A stretch of DNA of 64,000 nt from Takakia lepidozioides (lineage: Eukaryota; Plantae; Bryophyta): NCBI GenBank assembly GCA_030704615.1, contig CM060733.1, forward strand, positions 54,994,001 through 55,058,000, written 5' to 3'. The position numbers were made by a program, and so were the translations under genes. Shown in pieces: positions 1 through 11,970 of the stretch. The notes under the pieces are model-generated. The model searched no databases and was not told the DNA's origin. It saw only the letters and a program-made list of their open reading frames with translations. Each line of letters starts with the position of its first letter. Position 1 is the stretch's first letter.

Positions 1-1320
1 GTATAGGTCTTGGAGGTACATAGAGAAGTCCCTTGAAATAAAGTAAATCATCTTTGAATTCGAAGTCGTTTGTAATATGTGGGTTGTCTCAAGGTCGATT
101 TAGTTGACTTCGTAGTGTTGTGGCAAATTGGTCGCTCTTCAGTGCTTCCTGGATCTCCTTTATGATCTTTACATTGTCGTAGGTGGATATGGATAACATA
201 TTCACTTGGAGATTTGCTGGTTTCAAGATGATGGATTTCTGTTGGTCAAAAGCTACATCCTCTGTTTTTTGCACATGATACGATCGTCGAGAAAGAACAT
301 CTGGTTTTCCTTGAAGATGTCCGGGACGGTAGGTAACAACAAAATCAAACCTTGCTAGTGACATACTCCATCTCGCTTGACGTCGATTCAAAACACGAGC
401 ACTCATAAAATACTCGAGGTTTTTGTGATCGGTATAGACTGTGACCTGATGTTTAGCTCCTTCCAATAGATGACGTTACTCCTCAAAAGCATCAATAATC
501 GCTAGAAGTTCTTTGTCATGGATTTCATAATTGATCTCCTCAGCGGAAAATTTGCGAGAATGAAAACCATCAGGGTGAAATCGGCCATCTGTATCGTATT
601 GAGAGAGTACCGCGTCAATTGCAAAGTCTGATGCATCTGCTTCAAAAAAGAATGGTTTAGATGGGTCTGCATGTACCAGTATTGGAGCCGTTGTGAATGT
701 CTGCTTCAGCCTTTCAAATGCTTGGTCAGTCTTCTCGTCCCATACAAATTTGTCCTTCCTTGAGAGTCGTGTCAATGGTGCAGCAATTTTGGAGTAGTCC
801 TTGATGAAGATTCTATAGAAATTTGTAAATCCTAGAAAACATTGTACATCTCCGACCGAAGTTGCTTTAATCCACTCGATGATGGTTTGTATTTTCTTCT
901 GATCCATAAAGACTCATTTGTCAGATTGGTGGAAAAAAAAAATTTCCAACTTGGCATATAGTCATTTTTCCCTCAATTTATTAAGGACAAGGTGTACATG
1001 ACGACCATATTCTTCTTCATTATGTGAAAATATCAAAATATCGTCCAAATAGATGACTACAATCAATATTTCCTGATGCTAACGGTCGTCCATCGATGAC
1101 TTCAACAGGGGTCGAGAATTTCTTTCTTACGAGCGTTAAATTGTGTTGCTTTGCAAAGTCTTTGTCAATAAAACACGCTGAAGCGCCCGAGTCCAAAAGT
1201 GCTTCTACAGAGATATCTCGATTTTGCGTCATGATCTTTACTAGAGCTGTGAAACAAGGTACAGGGTCTGCAGGTAGAAAGAGACATTTTTTTTTGTGAG
1301 GAATTTGGGGTGTCCAGCCG
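1..1320 (-). pseudogene. pol: pol remnant (protease, partial RT, RNase H)
   Basis: ORFs 1020-1232, 476-907 and 89-466 carry DSGA, FLGFTNFYRIFIKDYS and NRRQARW motifs. Confidence 0.9.
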
Positions 1321-1356
1321 CATGGTCCCTACTGTGACTGGACATCTTCGTTTTCC
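1306..1356 (-). promoter_or_regulatory. Candidate -1 ribosomal frameshift signal at the gag/pol junction
   Basis: Minus strand G_GAA_AAC in the gag frame, short spacer, then stem GTCCAGTC...GGCTGGAC with loop GGG able to pair with downstream CCC. Confidence 0.5.
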
Positions 1357-2375
1357 GACCTCCTCGTATCGAACACTTGAGTTGTGCCCCGAGTTTTGAA
1401 TCTTCTCTTGTTGGGGCAGTTTAATGCTATGTGATCATATTTTCCGCAATAAAGGCATAATCCATTTGAGCGTCGTTTTTGTTTTTCTTGTGGCGTCAAT
1501 GGCTTGAATCGGACAGCATCAATCTGCATATGATCATTACCGGATGTCTAATGGATCGTTGTGTTTGGTATCGTAGTAACAGCGACATGGTGCGTCGTTG
1601 ACCATCCAGATCGCTTCTCTTGACGTATTTCGAACAAACGATTATCGCATGCAATGACTTGGGTGATGGATTCGCTCAGTGTACTCACATTTGGCATTGT
1701 GAGCAGCAAATCTTTTACATCATTTTTTAGGCCACATCGAAACTGACTAATAAGTCTCTTCTCATTCCAGTCGAGGTCGTACGCAAGTTGTCGAAATTCG
1801 GCAGCATAAACGGAAGCTGGACGTGCTCCTTGTCGAAGATTTCACATCTTTGTATCTGCAACCCTCTCTCTATCATTCTCTCCAAACGTTGCACTAAACT
1901 TGGACATGAACGCTTCAAAATTGTATAGTAAATGCGATTTTTTCTCTAATAGCGGTGCAAACCAAGATAGGACAATGCCGGATAGAAGGGTGCCCACAAA
2001 TCCCACTTGAATACCTTCATCAGGGTAGCTTTGTGGATGTAGTCGTAGGAACAATCATACTTGTTGAACAAAACCGCGAAATTTTGATCTCGTCCCATCA
2101 AATTTTTTGGACATGCTGACATTTGGTTCCCTGGTAATCTGTTGAAGATTTGGAGGAACCGTTGCAGTAGGATTTGTTGTAGTAGAGACTCGTAAGGTTG
2201 AAGATTTATTGTTCGACTCCTTTAACTCTGAAATTTATTGTTGCAAATTGTTGAGAGCGTTGTCAAGATCTTGAGACTGATCAGCTTGTAGTTGGGCAGT
2301 AGAGGCATGAAGTTCTTGCATCTGGACCTGAAGACTATGCAATGTGACGACCATTTCCGCAAATGTGTTTTCCAT
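1329..2375 (-). pseudogene. gag: gag (frameshifted) of Ty3/gypsy
   Basis: ATG at 2375 (MENTFAEM...), retrotransposon gag core (LLSGIVLSWFAPLLE), MQIDAVRF motif, CCHC knuckle. Confidence 0.85.
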
Positions 2376-2413
2376 CTTAACTAATTAAGGAACAAACTTT
2401 AGTCTCGTCAAAA

Positions 2414-2708
2414 TGTCAAGGATGAGAACATGACTGAACACAAACAAGAGATTAGACTAGAGATACAAGACTAGGCAAGAAGTCAAGGTTGGCGTGGCCG
2501 TATGTACGATGAGTAAATAGGAATCAAGGCAATCTTTATAACAATGAACAAGGGTACAAGATATCGAAACACGACTTACATATTGGAATGCTGGAAACTG
2601 GATTGGAATACCAGATACTGAAAACTGGGCTAGGGTACTGGGAACTGGAAACAATAGTAGCTTGAACTGGTATTGGCGAGACTGAAGAGTGTCCAGTCTC
2701 GCCTCCTA
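2414..2708 (-). repeat. Truncated 5' LTR (R/U5 part)
   Basis: Reverse-complement match to ~5889-6191; ends ...TGACA next to the internal region. Confidence 0.9.
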
Positions 2709-2814
2709 CAAGGTGGCCTCAACTCTGCACCTTTGTCCCTACTTTCAATTTCAATGTAGTCTTGTGTTGTTCTATGTTGTGCTATTCTCTTGTTTGTTTG
2801 CTATTTGAGACATT

Positions 2815-3562
2815 GAATTAAGGTGTCGTTGACGATACCTTAAATCCATGCCCTCTTGGGATGAGTTTGCCATGAATGAGGATCTTACATGGTCAATTTT
2901 TTTTTAAAGTTGCCAACTTCAGTTATGGAGTTCTGCCTCTTAGTGCCTGGATTAAGATGTCGTTGACGACACCTTAATCCTGAGAGTGAATTGCAACCAT
3001 TTTGGGATCTTTTGGGATGGAGTGGGACGAGCAGCTCTACTCTCAAGTTATCGCACCTCTGTCTGGGGGTTTATCGCATTCGACCCAGACCGAGAACATT
3101 GTTATGGAGCAGGATCTGCAAAAGCCCAATGCTCTGGATGTTGATTCCGATTTCTCATGTGAGTAAGTGCTAGTTCAGTTGTGGTACTTCACTGACACGA
3201 CGACACATCCTTCTATTTCCATCTTTCCTACACAAGTTGGGCCAGCAGAATGTATATCAAAGGTTGAGAGAAATGCTCACACCCAAATCTAAAGAAAGCA
3301 GAGAGATGAACTCGTGCTTTATAAATAAACATCTCAAAACACGTACTGGGAATTAAGATGTCGTTGATGACACCTTAATCCCCAGCATCTGCACACACAC
3401 TGCCTTACCGGCGAGGCTTGTCCGCCATCAATTTTTTTCGGGTGAATTTTTTTGGGGTTTTTGATTTTTCCATGAATTGTCATATGCCAACTCGTACTGG
3501 GAATTAAGATGTCGTTGACGACACCTTAATCTGGCACATTCAGAGGGAAAATAAAATAAAAG

Positions 3563-3607
<45 letters not shown>

Positions 3608-4948
3608 GTTTTGGAAAACTTGCTGGGAATTAAGATGGCGTTGACAACGCCTTAATCTGGCACATTCGGGGGGGGGGGGGGGGGAACGGTTTTTTTCTTT
3701 TTCTTTTTTTGAAAACTTGCTGGGAATTAAGATATCGTTGACGACACCTTAATCCCCACCACTTGCACACACACCGCCAAGGCTTCTTCGCCTTGAAAGT
3801 TTTTTGGGTTGAAATTTTTTTGGTTAATATTTTTGAAAAAAAAAATTTAGGGATTTTGGTTTTTCCCTAAGCTGTCATGTGCCAACTCGTACTGGGAATT
3901 AAGATGTCGTTGACGACACCTTAATCCCGAGCACCTGCACATGCACCATGGTTCATTCATGTCGCTCATTTTTCATCCAAAAGTCATCCAACATTCAATT
4001 GCAATTCATTACACTGCAAAACAAAGTCTAATGCATAAAAATGCAATTGCAAATATCCATATGGTGGATGCCTTTTTCCCATCAATGATTTATGGAATCC
4101 TGGCGGAGGAGTTTGTGCAGCTCGTTCACGCTCAACACTGGTGCATGAATAAAGTCATCAATAGTCAAGTTCATCCTCAACCTCTTCAGGTAAATGTAAT
4201 ACAAATGTTTGCACGGATAATACTTTGACCCCTTCTTTGCTTCCATCAACGAGAAGTCCGTACAATTACAAGTCGGCTCCACTCCAATCGTAATTGTGTA
4301 TACGTCGTCGTGTACAGCTGAGCCGGTCGTTGGTCTGCACATACCCTCTCAAAGAACGAGACCATCTTCAGAAACCCAGGGGTGTCGGAAGGCTCTTCGG
4401 CAGCAGTTTTTCATCGCACATTCGTACCATATGGTCGGCACCCATGAAGGATTCTTCCGTCGGATGGGGTGGAGATTGTGTCCGTACATTGTAGTTTTTG
4501 TCCATGGCAATACGTCATCTTCTTCCCTTGGTTGTAGGCTCTCATTCACTAATCTGTTCACGCTTAAGGGATTCTACTCACGTTTACCACTTAAAGCGTG
4601 AGCATGCTCACGTGAACTGCTCACGGTAGCTACCCTCTTGCAAATGAGACCAGTCACTCTTCATGGATCCACTTTGTTCAAATAAACCCAAACCTTTCTC
4701 CATTTTTGGGCTTATATATATATATATATATATATTGTGTTTTATCCTGTTTGGTGAAATTCCCATGTCCAAACAGGGTAGGGGATTAAGATGTCGTTGA
4801 CGACATCTTAATTCGTGTTTCCCTGAGCAGGATTACAACTCCCCCCTATGGTTTTTTCCAGGCAAGATTTTTTTTCTTGCAACGATTTTCATGGGTTCAT
4901 TTCTCATGCTGAGCATGCGATTTAAGATGTCGTTGACGATACCTTAAT
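2815..4948. repeat. Nine interspersed copies of a ~33-bp near-palindrome GGGAATTAAGATGTCGTTGACGACACCTTAATCCC
   Basis: Copies start at about 2815, 2949, 3348, 3499, 3625, 3722, 3894, 4782, 4919; all share the central GTTGA orientation. Confidence 0.95.
4082..4561 (-). pseudogene. SWIM zinc-finger ORF with one in-frame TGA
   Basis: YTITIGVEPTCNCTDF...YPCKHLYYI = CxC..CxH SWIM motif; ORFs 4349-4561 and 4082-4342 are in the same frame, separated by one stop. Confidence 0.75.
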
Positions 4949-5542
4949 GTGTGGTCCCTGCGCTTGCTGATCCCTCACGAGACATGCTCATACAGTTGTC
5001 CATAGTCCCCTCATCTGGACAACTTTTCATCCGTGCTTCATCCAACGTTCATCAATTTCACTTTTACGTCCATCCCAAATCCATTTATCCGTGAATGTTT
5101 CATCGTGCATTCGTGCCACTTTGTCGTCATGGAGCATTTCTATCTTCGGTCCGATGGAGCGGAGATTGCGTCGTTGTAGTGAAGTTGACGTCCACGGCAA
5201 CAGGCCCACTTGTTCCCACGGTTTTGGAGTCTGCATCATAAATCTGCTCACGCTTCAGGGAATCTGCTCACGCATCCAGGAATCTGCTCACAGGTTCTGC
5301 TCACGGCTTTGCTGCCCTCGATATTTCTGTTGGAGGTTGAGGTTACGGACGCAGATGGCAACGAAATCATGTTTGAAGGCAGCTTCGAGAATCAGAATGC
5401 TCAAATCATTGCGTGGTCCCAAGTTCAAGGTGTTGGACACTATCAATGGTTGCAGGGACCTATAAATCATTTGAGTCAAGAACGAAGAGCCGAATACTTG
5501 ACAAGTACCATTCCCCGGATTTTGGATTTTCTCCAACTCTAA

Positions 5543-6191
5543 GCAAGTCCAAGATTTTACCGCTCCTCGAGGAACTCGGCGCTAGAGGAGGGGGTGATGT
5601 CACGGACATAGCCCAGAGGAACTTACCAGGAGTAATATCAGGAGTTACCATGTTACCATGTTACCAAAAGTTACCGTGATTTACTATGATCTACCATGAT
5701 TTACCATTACTTACCAAGTTACCGGGAGTTTACCAAATTACCAAGAGTAGCTTGGGAAACTGCTCAGGAAGCTTCATTTGGAGGAAACTTCTCCATCAAG
5801 ATACCTCCTTTGTTTAAGGAGGCTTCTCCATCAAGAAACCTCCATAGGGGAAACTTCTTAGGGAAACTTCTTAGTAGCCAGTATATATAGGAGGCGAGAC
5901 TGGACACTCTTCAGTCTCGCCAACACCAGTTCAAGCTATTATTGTTTCCAGTTCCCAGTACTTCAGTCCAGTTCCCAATACCCTAGCCCAGTTTCCAGTA
6001 TCTGGTATTCAAGTCCAGTTTCCAGCATTCCAATATTCAAATCGTGTTCCAATATCTTGTACCATTGTTCATTGTTATAAAGATTGCCTTGATTCCTATT
6101 TACTCGGCCACGCCGACCTTGACTTCTTGCCTAGTCTTGTACCTCTAGTCTGATCTCTTGTTTGTGTTCAGTCATGTTCTTGTCTTTGACA
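5543..6191 (+). mobile_element. 3' end of a Tcn1-like gypsy: ORF tail, polypurine tract and complete 3' LTR (5598-6191)
   Basis: QVQDF..APRGTRR* tail, PPT AGAGGAGGGGG, LTR TGTCA...TGACA with TATATATA at ~5882. Confidence 0.88.
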
Positions 6192-6790
6192 AACAGAGGA
6201 TCCCTAACGGACCGCATTCTAGACTTATTCACAATAGATCTCTACGAATCATGTCTCAAAAAACTATCTAAATCTAAAGCCCTGGGCCCCGATCTTATAT
6301 AAAATATCATACTTCAAGCATCAGACCCTCAACTTCATCATTTTTAAAAAAAAAAAATTCAACTATGTTACAAACTGAAACGAATTCCACACTCCTGGAA
6401 GCATAGCCGCACCATTTTACTCTTTAAAAAAGGTGACCCTACAGATCTCAGTAATTACAGGCCCATAGCACTGGCCAACAGTGCCATGTACAAGTTATTC
6501 ACCGGCACGCTCATCACAATGCTCTCAAGCTATTGCGAACAATGCCAAATTCTCAGTGACCCCCAAGAAAGATTCCGAGCTACGCGTAGTACAACAAGAC
6601 AAATACAATATGTTCTATCCGCCCTCGAAGACGCTAAACTTACAAAGCAAGACATATATCTCTTATATATCGACTTTAAAAATGCCTTCGGCTCCTTAGA
6701 TCATGCTAGGTTATTCGCTATCATGCTTGATCTTGGGTACCCCACTTATGCCGTCCAACTTATAGGAAACATCTACACAAACAGTACCAC
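6192..6790 (+). mobile_element. LINE reverse-transcriptase fragment (N-terminal RT subdomains)
   Basis: KGDPTDLSNYRPIALAN, LYIDFKNAFGSLDHARL motifs; frameshifted. Confidence 0.9.
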
Positions 6791-6825
6791 TGAATACTTT
6801 GATAACGAGTTTGGATGATGTAAAA

Positions 6826-8719
6826 GTGCCGGGCACATGAGCCAAATCGGGCCACAAAAGAGCCGCCCAGGCTGCGCGCGGCCGCCTAGGGGGTAGAAAC
6901 GGGGGCAGCCAAGGACGTGGGGCCTCGCGGGGGCAGGCTGGGAATGATGCGCCCCCACGGAAGCACCTGCAGTAACTAATGGCCCTGTTTTCACCTAAAC
7001 CCTGGTAAAATAAATAATTATTACTGTGCCACCGACTTTTTACTGTGGTTGCAGTTTAGGGTCATATGGCTAGAAAAGTTTTCACTATACTAAAAAAGAG
7101 GAGAAGCTTGGATCAATTTTTGGAGGTGCTTGTTACATACAAGTGTGAGGTTGCAATTAAGAGGAAGTGCTCAAGATGGATGATGGGAGTTTGCCAAGCT
7201 CATTTTTGCAGACAAATTGGTATGGGTAGGTAGCTTGATAATGAATACTCTCTGATTGAAAGAAATACAAAAAAAAATTGTGTGCCAAAATGGGAGCACC
7301 TGGTATGGGGCTGTGCATTTTGTTAAAGCACTATGTTGGCCACTTCCATGTTCATTGCAAGGGTGACCGCCATTTTCCCTCAGGATGTTGGAATCCAATG
7401 AGACAAGTTGGTATGGGTAGCCACCTTGATAATGAACACTCTCTAATTGAAATTTAAAAAAAAACATTTTGTGTGCTAAAATGGGATCACTTGGTATGGG
7501 CCTATGTATTTTGTCAAAGCACTATGTTGGCAACTTTCATGTTAATTGCAAGGGTGGGCGCCATTTCCGCTCACGACGTTGGAATTGAATGAGGGCAGTT
7601 GGTATGGGTGGCTAGCTTGATCATGAACGCTCTCTGCTTAGAAGAATTACAAAATATTTTTTTGTGGTGAAATGGGAGCACCTGGTATGGGGCTGGCCAT
7701 TTTTAACAACCTCTATGCTAACCATTTGTGTGTTCATTGGAAAAATAGGTGCCAATCTTTGTCACAAAGTCGGAATTGAATGAGGGCAGTTGGTATGGGT
7801 GGCTAGCTTGATCATGAACGCTCTCTGCTTAGAAGAATTACAAAATAATTTTTTGTGGTGAAATGGGAGCACCTGGTATGGGGCTGGCCATTTTTAACAA
7901 CCTCTATGCTAACCATTTGTGTGTTCATTGGAAAAATAGGTGCCAATCTTTGTCACAAAGTCGGAATTGAATGAGGGCAGTTGGTATGGGTGGCTAGCTT
8001 GATCATGAACGCTCTCTGCTTAGAAGAATTACAAAATATTTTTTTGTGGTGAAATGGGAGCACCTGGTATGGGGCTGGCCATTTTTAACAACCTCTATGC
8101 TAACCATTTGTGTGTTCATTGGAAAAATAGGTGCCAATCTTTGTCACAAAGTCGGAATTGAATGAGGGCAGTTGGTATGGGTGGCTAGCTTGATCACAAA
8201 CGCTCTCTACTTAAAAGAATTATAAAATATTTTTTTGTGGTGAAATGGGAGCACCTGGTATGGGGCTGGCCATTTTGTCCAACCTCGGAAGTGTAAGAGT
8301 TTTTTTTTTTTTGGAATGATGGAAACGATGTGGGAGACCCTCGTGGAACAGAAAGAGAACACAAAGTACAATAACAAGTTCAACATCCTCCATGTTCACC
8401 TACAAATCCTTCTCAAATTAACTTAGCCTCCAATGTAAACCACCATCCAACCAAAACCCCATACCCTAATCCTCAAACCCTAGCTTGCTTGGAGGTAATT
8501 CTTAAGCTCACCATATTTTATTGACTAAATGGGCCTTGATTCATTAGTAACTCTTATTCCTCCACAACCGGCCCGGGGTAGAATTCCGTGCACATGTGCC
8601 CACCCGCGGGGGCTGCCCCCTTGGAAGCAGGGACCGCCCAGGCTGCAGCCGCTGGCGGGGCCCACCACATCCAGTCGCCGCTTAGGATGTACCGAACTGC
8701 TCATGTGCCCGCTCGGCAC
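6826..8719. mobile_element. Non-autonomous TIR-type element with internal satellite
   Basis: GGGCACATGAGC (6831-6842) inverted at 8699-8710, outer GTGCC/GGCAC, GC-rich subterminal arms; interrupts LINE sequence; no TSD seen. Confidence 0.6.
7205..8280. repeat. Tandem array of 191-bp units (~5.5 copies)
   Basis: GGAATTGAATGAGGGCAG recurs at 7581, 7772, 7963, 8154; diverged copies near 7218 and 7409. Confidence 0.95.
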
Positions 8720-8804
8720 GAGAGTCTTTTTGGATATGCCAAGTAAGGGAGGGTACTAATTGGATACCCAGGTAGGTGTATGGTTCATTTCGTCCCAGGA
8801 AGGA
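8720..8804 (-). mobile_element. LINE RT C-terminal fragment
   Basis: Minus strand translates FLGRNEPYTYLGIQLVPSLTWHIQKD, continuing the ORF broken at 23580. Confidence 0.8.
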
Positions 8805-11089
8805 TGTCGTGCACCTAAGCATCGTGCCACAACATACATCCACTACAACAAATTGTGGTTTTTACGTCTATGTGTTATGACTGCAAATGCAGTTATGGAA
8901 GCCATTTACGACTTCCTGACTCTGAAGACGTAAAAGCCTAGTCAGTTGTGACATGGCAGATATGACACTCCAAGCTGGCTGTGATGTGGCGCCTGAGCAG
9001 CTGTGGGGGTAGTCATACACGCTGGCTTTACTGAATGACTGAACGGACAATGTAGTCCATGTCAGCGGCTGTGCAAGAGTGGCACGTGCTCGATACAGGA
9101 AATGACACGTGGTAGAGTGTTAGCTCTCCATGACTGCGAACTATGACTATGGGCGAGCTAATCCGGTTGCAACACGTGGCGCGTTGCAGTTTTTACACGT
9201 GGTCCCTTAGCATATTGACATGTGTCATGATGGGTGCTTTTTTTGGGTGTATTGCTATTTTTTGACATATTTGTATTTCTGCCACGTGGTGTAGTACTAT
9301 TGGAGAGTGAAAATGGATGTAGTCATTATTATGACTATGATATCAGTCATGTACATGTCTACTACAACAATGAAATATAATATATAATACAAAGAGAACA
9401 AGGCAGCAAGACATAACTGCAACAAGCTGAGCAAAACCAAGAGATTGTACACCATCTCTATTTATCATTATCATTTTTGTTGCGATCTAAAAATACATTA
9501 AATAGTCGCATGTTCTCATGTGAATTATTTTGTCTAACTATAACACTTTGAAAAGTGTTCACCCAGAATCTTCTAACTACTCATGTATTCCATCAATCTG
9601 CAACCCATCAAAAACGGCTTGCATGGCTTTAAGAATTACTACAGCAAGGACATTTGTTTGTTTTCCAAGTTCTTGCATAAGATGCACCAACCAATATTGC
9701 ATTGTGAGACACTCACTCGCTATACTCCAAAGCGTCCAGGGAAGGTCACTGAGCAACCTGCCAAGAGAATTATCTAATACCATATATGAAAAACCAATGC
9801 CAGTGTTGTTTATGGTAACTTCTATCCCATGTCCTAAACAAACCAAAGCAAAAAGGTTGGTGTGTGTTGGCGAAGTCGTCAGATACTTCACAAAGAAACA
9901 TGCACTAAAAATGAAACCCAGGATGATAGGAAGGTCACTCACGTTCATACAAAGACATCTTGCTCATTGCCCAGCACCCTGCGTCACCCACACTCTATCT
10001 CTACTCCTTCAGCTATCCATGCCTCTGCACAAATCAAGCATTCATCCTTGCCTTGCTGCTAGCAGCTGACAATGACAGCCTACATTTGTTCTAGGAAACA
10101 CCCAACTCAGCGTAGCACACTAGTTCCTATGCTGAATTGCGTCTGCTACTCTCTGAAATGTAGCAGGCATTACATAGGAGATTGCACTTGGGCTTAGATT
10201 TCAATTCTTCACACATGGGCCAACCACACAGGCTAGCCTACTTGATGCCGTTGGAAAGCCCTTGATGAGGAGGGGTGCACCAGCTTGGTCTCATCATTTT
10301 TGGACCTGAGGTATGGGAGATATCAAATTTCAAGTACTTTTGGTCGCTGGGAATTTGTGAGAAATAGCAAAGTGGGCTTTCCTGGAGCCATGAGAGGCCC
10401 TTCATGTGGGATATTTGGAATTTCAATTGTTTCTGATATCCAACTTCAATTTAGTATATTGATTTCAATTCTTCACACATGGGCCTCGACATAGGAGACA
10501 CACTTTGATACATAGGGGATTGCACTTGGTTTTCCGTTTCAATTCTTCACACATGGGCCAACGGCACAGGCTTATCATAATCGGCCCTAAATTTACATGT
10601 TCAATTCTGCAAGTTAGCTGGTTGAGTGAATCTAGTTTGGAGTGACTTTGACATGATACTGCCAATGTGACAACAGGAAAGTGCTAAAAAATAGGTAACA
10701 GAGATGAGAAGAAGCTGTGGAATGAATACTTATCTGAGCCCAGTCACTGATGGGTCAAAGAGGGAAAAACAGGGTGAAATGTGTTGAAGAAGATGCCTTC
10801 ATTAGCAGTGCCTGATTTTATCACTTGTGCCGCTGCTCCCAGTTGACCATCTACCCATGCAGGTTTCTTGTAGCTATTGATCCACAGGGAATCACGGGTA
10901 ATCTTGAGCTTGAAATCTGGCCTTCTTGGATGAATCTAGACCCACACGAAATCCCTGCTCCTTCAGCTATCCATGCCTCTGCACAAATCATGCATACATC
11001 CTCGACTTGCTGCTAGCAGCTGACAATGACAGCCTAGAATTGTCAAAGCAAACACTAGCAGGGAAAACAGGGTGAAATATGTTGAAGAA

Positions 11090-11600
11090 GGTACCTTCAT
11101 CCCTTTCTCCATCATTTGCTTTCAGGTGTCCAAAGCCCCATCCCCGCTCCTGCTCTGCACACCCTTCAAGCATCGCATTCCACGACACCACATCTAGTTC
11201 AAACATAGTGTTGAACACTCCCTTGGCATCCTCAATGCTCCCACATTTAGCATACATGGCCACCAGAGCAATGTTCAGGATGACATCTGGTACAATTGCA
11301 GATTTGATGATGTCACCAAGGATCTCTTTGCCCTTTCCAGGGCTGCAGACGCACTGCAAACGCACACAAACGTTATGTCGGCGGCCTTCACCCCTTCCCC
11401 CATCATTTTCTCAAAGGATGGAGCCTCCATCCCGCACCCCAGCTGTGCATACCCTGCAAGCATCACACTCCACGACACCACATCTCGTTCAGCCACAGTG
11501 TTGAACACTCCCTTTGCATCCTCAATGCACCCACAATTGGCGTACATGTTCACCAGGGCAGGGGCAGTGTTCAAAAGGACATGTGGTAATTTGACAGGCA
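11090..11600 (-). pseudogene. Captured PLS-class PPR gene fragment
   Basis: ALVNMYANCGCIEDAKGVF..RDVVSWSVML and ALVAMYAKCGSIEDAKGVF..DVVSWNAML; frameshifted. Confidence 0.92.
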
Positions 11601-11901
11601 TTCACCTCCTAACTTGGCTATTCCCAACCCATCCTACCATTGGCAAGAGATTCCACAGAAACTGATAGTTGTCTGTTTGACTGTATAACTATGTATCTCT
11701 TGCTTTCTTACAGCTTGTACTGTGACACGCGTAATGCTCTTGCTGTGTTGAATCATTTCACGCCTTCAGGTTTCCGAACAAACATTACCGTCTTTCTTTA
11801 TCAGACATGTGCACCAAGATAGAATCTCACCAAAAGATTGTTGGTGTTCAACAGTACCATACATGAAGATAACTAGCACCAAAAGGGCATATGAAGCTTA
11901 C

Positions 11902-11970
11902 TCTGCTCTCCACTGGTATTAACTTGCACCAGGACTTTCAATGGTTGTCTTCCAGTCCACCCACAGCCCG
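11902..11970 (-). pseudogene. Captured exon fragment of pyridoxal-phosphate homeostasis protein (PLPBP/PROSC/YggS)
   Basis: RAVGGL/GRQPLKVLVQVNTSGEQ with a 1-nt frameshift, followed by GTAAGC donor; matches the YggS QVNTSGE motif. Confidence 0.75.

Larger units (their letters stand above)
1..2708 (-). mobile_element. Degenerate Ty3/gypsy LTR retrotransposon (Tcn1/Tf-like chromovirus), 5' part; runs off window start
   Basis: Minus-strand order LTR, gag (2375-1329, CLYCGKYDHIALNC knuckle), protease (LLDSGAS), RT remnant (YLDD ~1045; most RT deleted), RNase H (EADASDFA..., [10 protein letters not shown]); frameshifts and stops. Confidence 0.93.

Noticed and set aside
3565-3685. Long poly-T and poly-G runs as terminators or retro-tails
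   Set aside because: Best explained as homopolymer expansion within repeat spacers; lengths may be sequencing-dependent.
2815-4948. CRISPR array interpretation of the palindromic repeats
   Set aside because: Spacers vary from ~60 to ~850 bp, some are homologous to each other (3-4 with 6-7, 4-5 with 5-6), no cas genes, eukaryotic context.
5210-5542. 110-aa ORF as a chromodomain
   Set aside because: No chromodomain signature; only the last ~50 bp before the PPT resemble the gypsy ORF tail.
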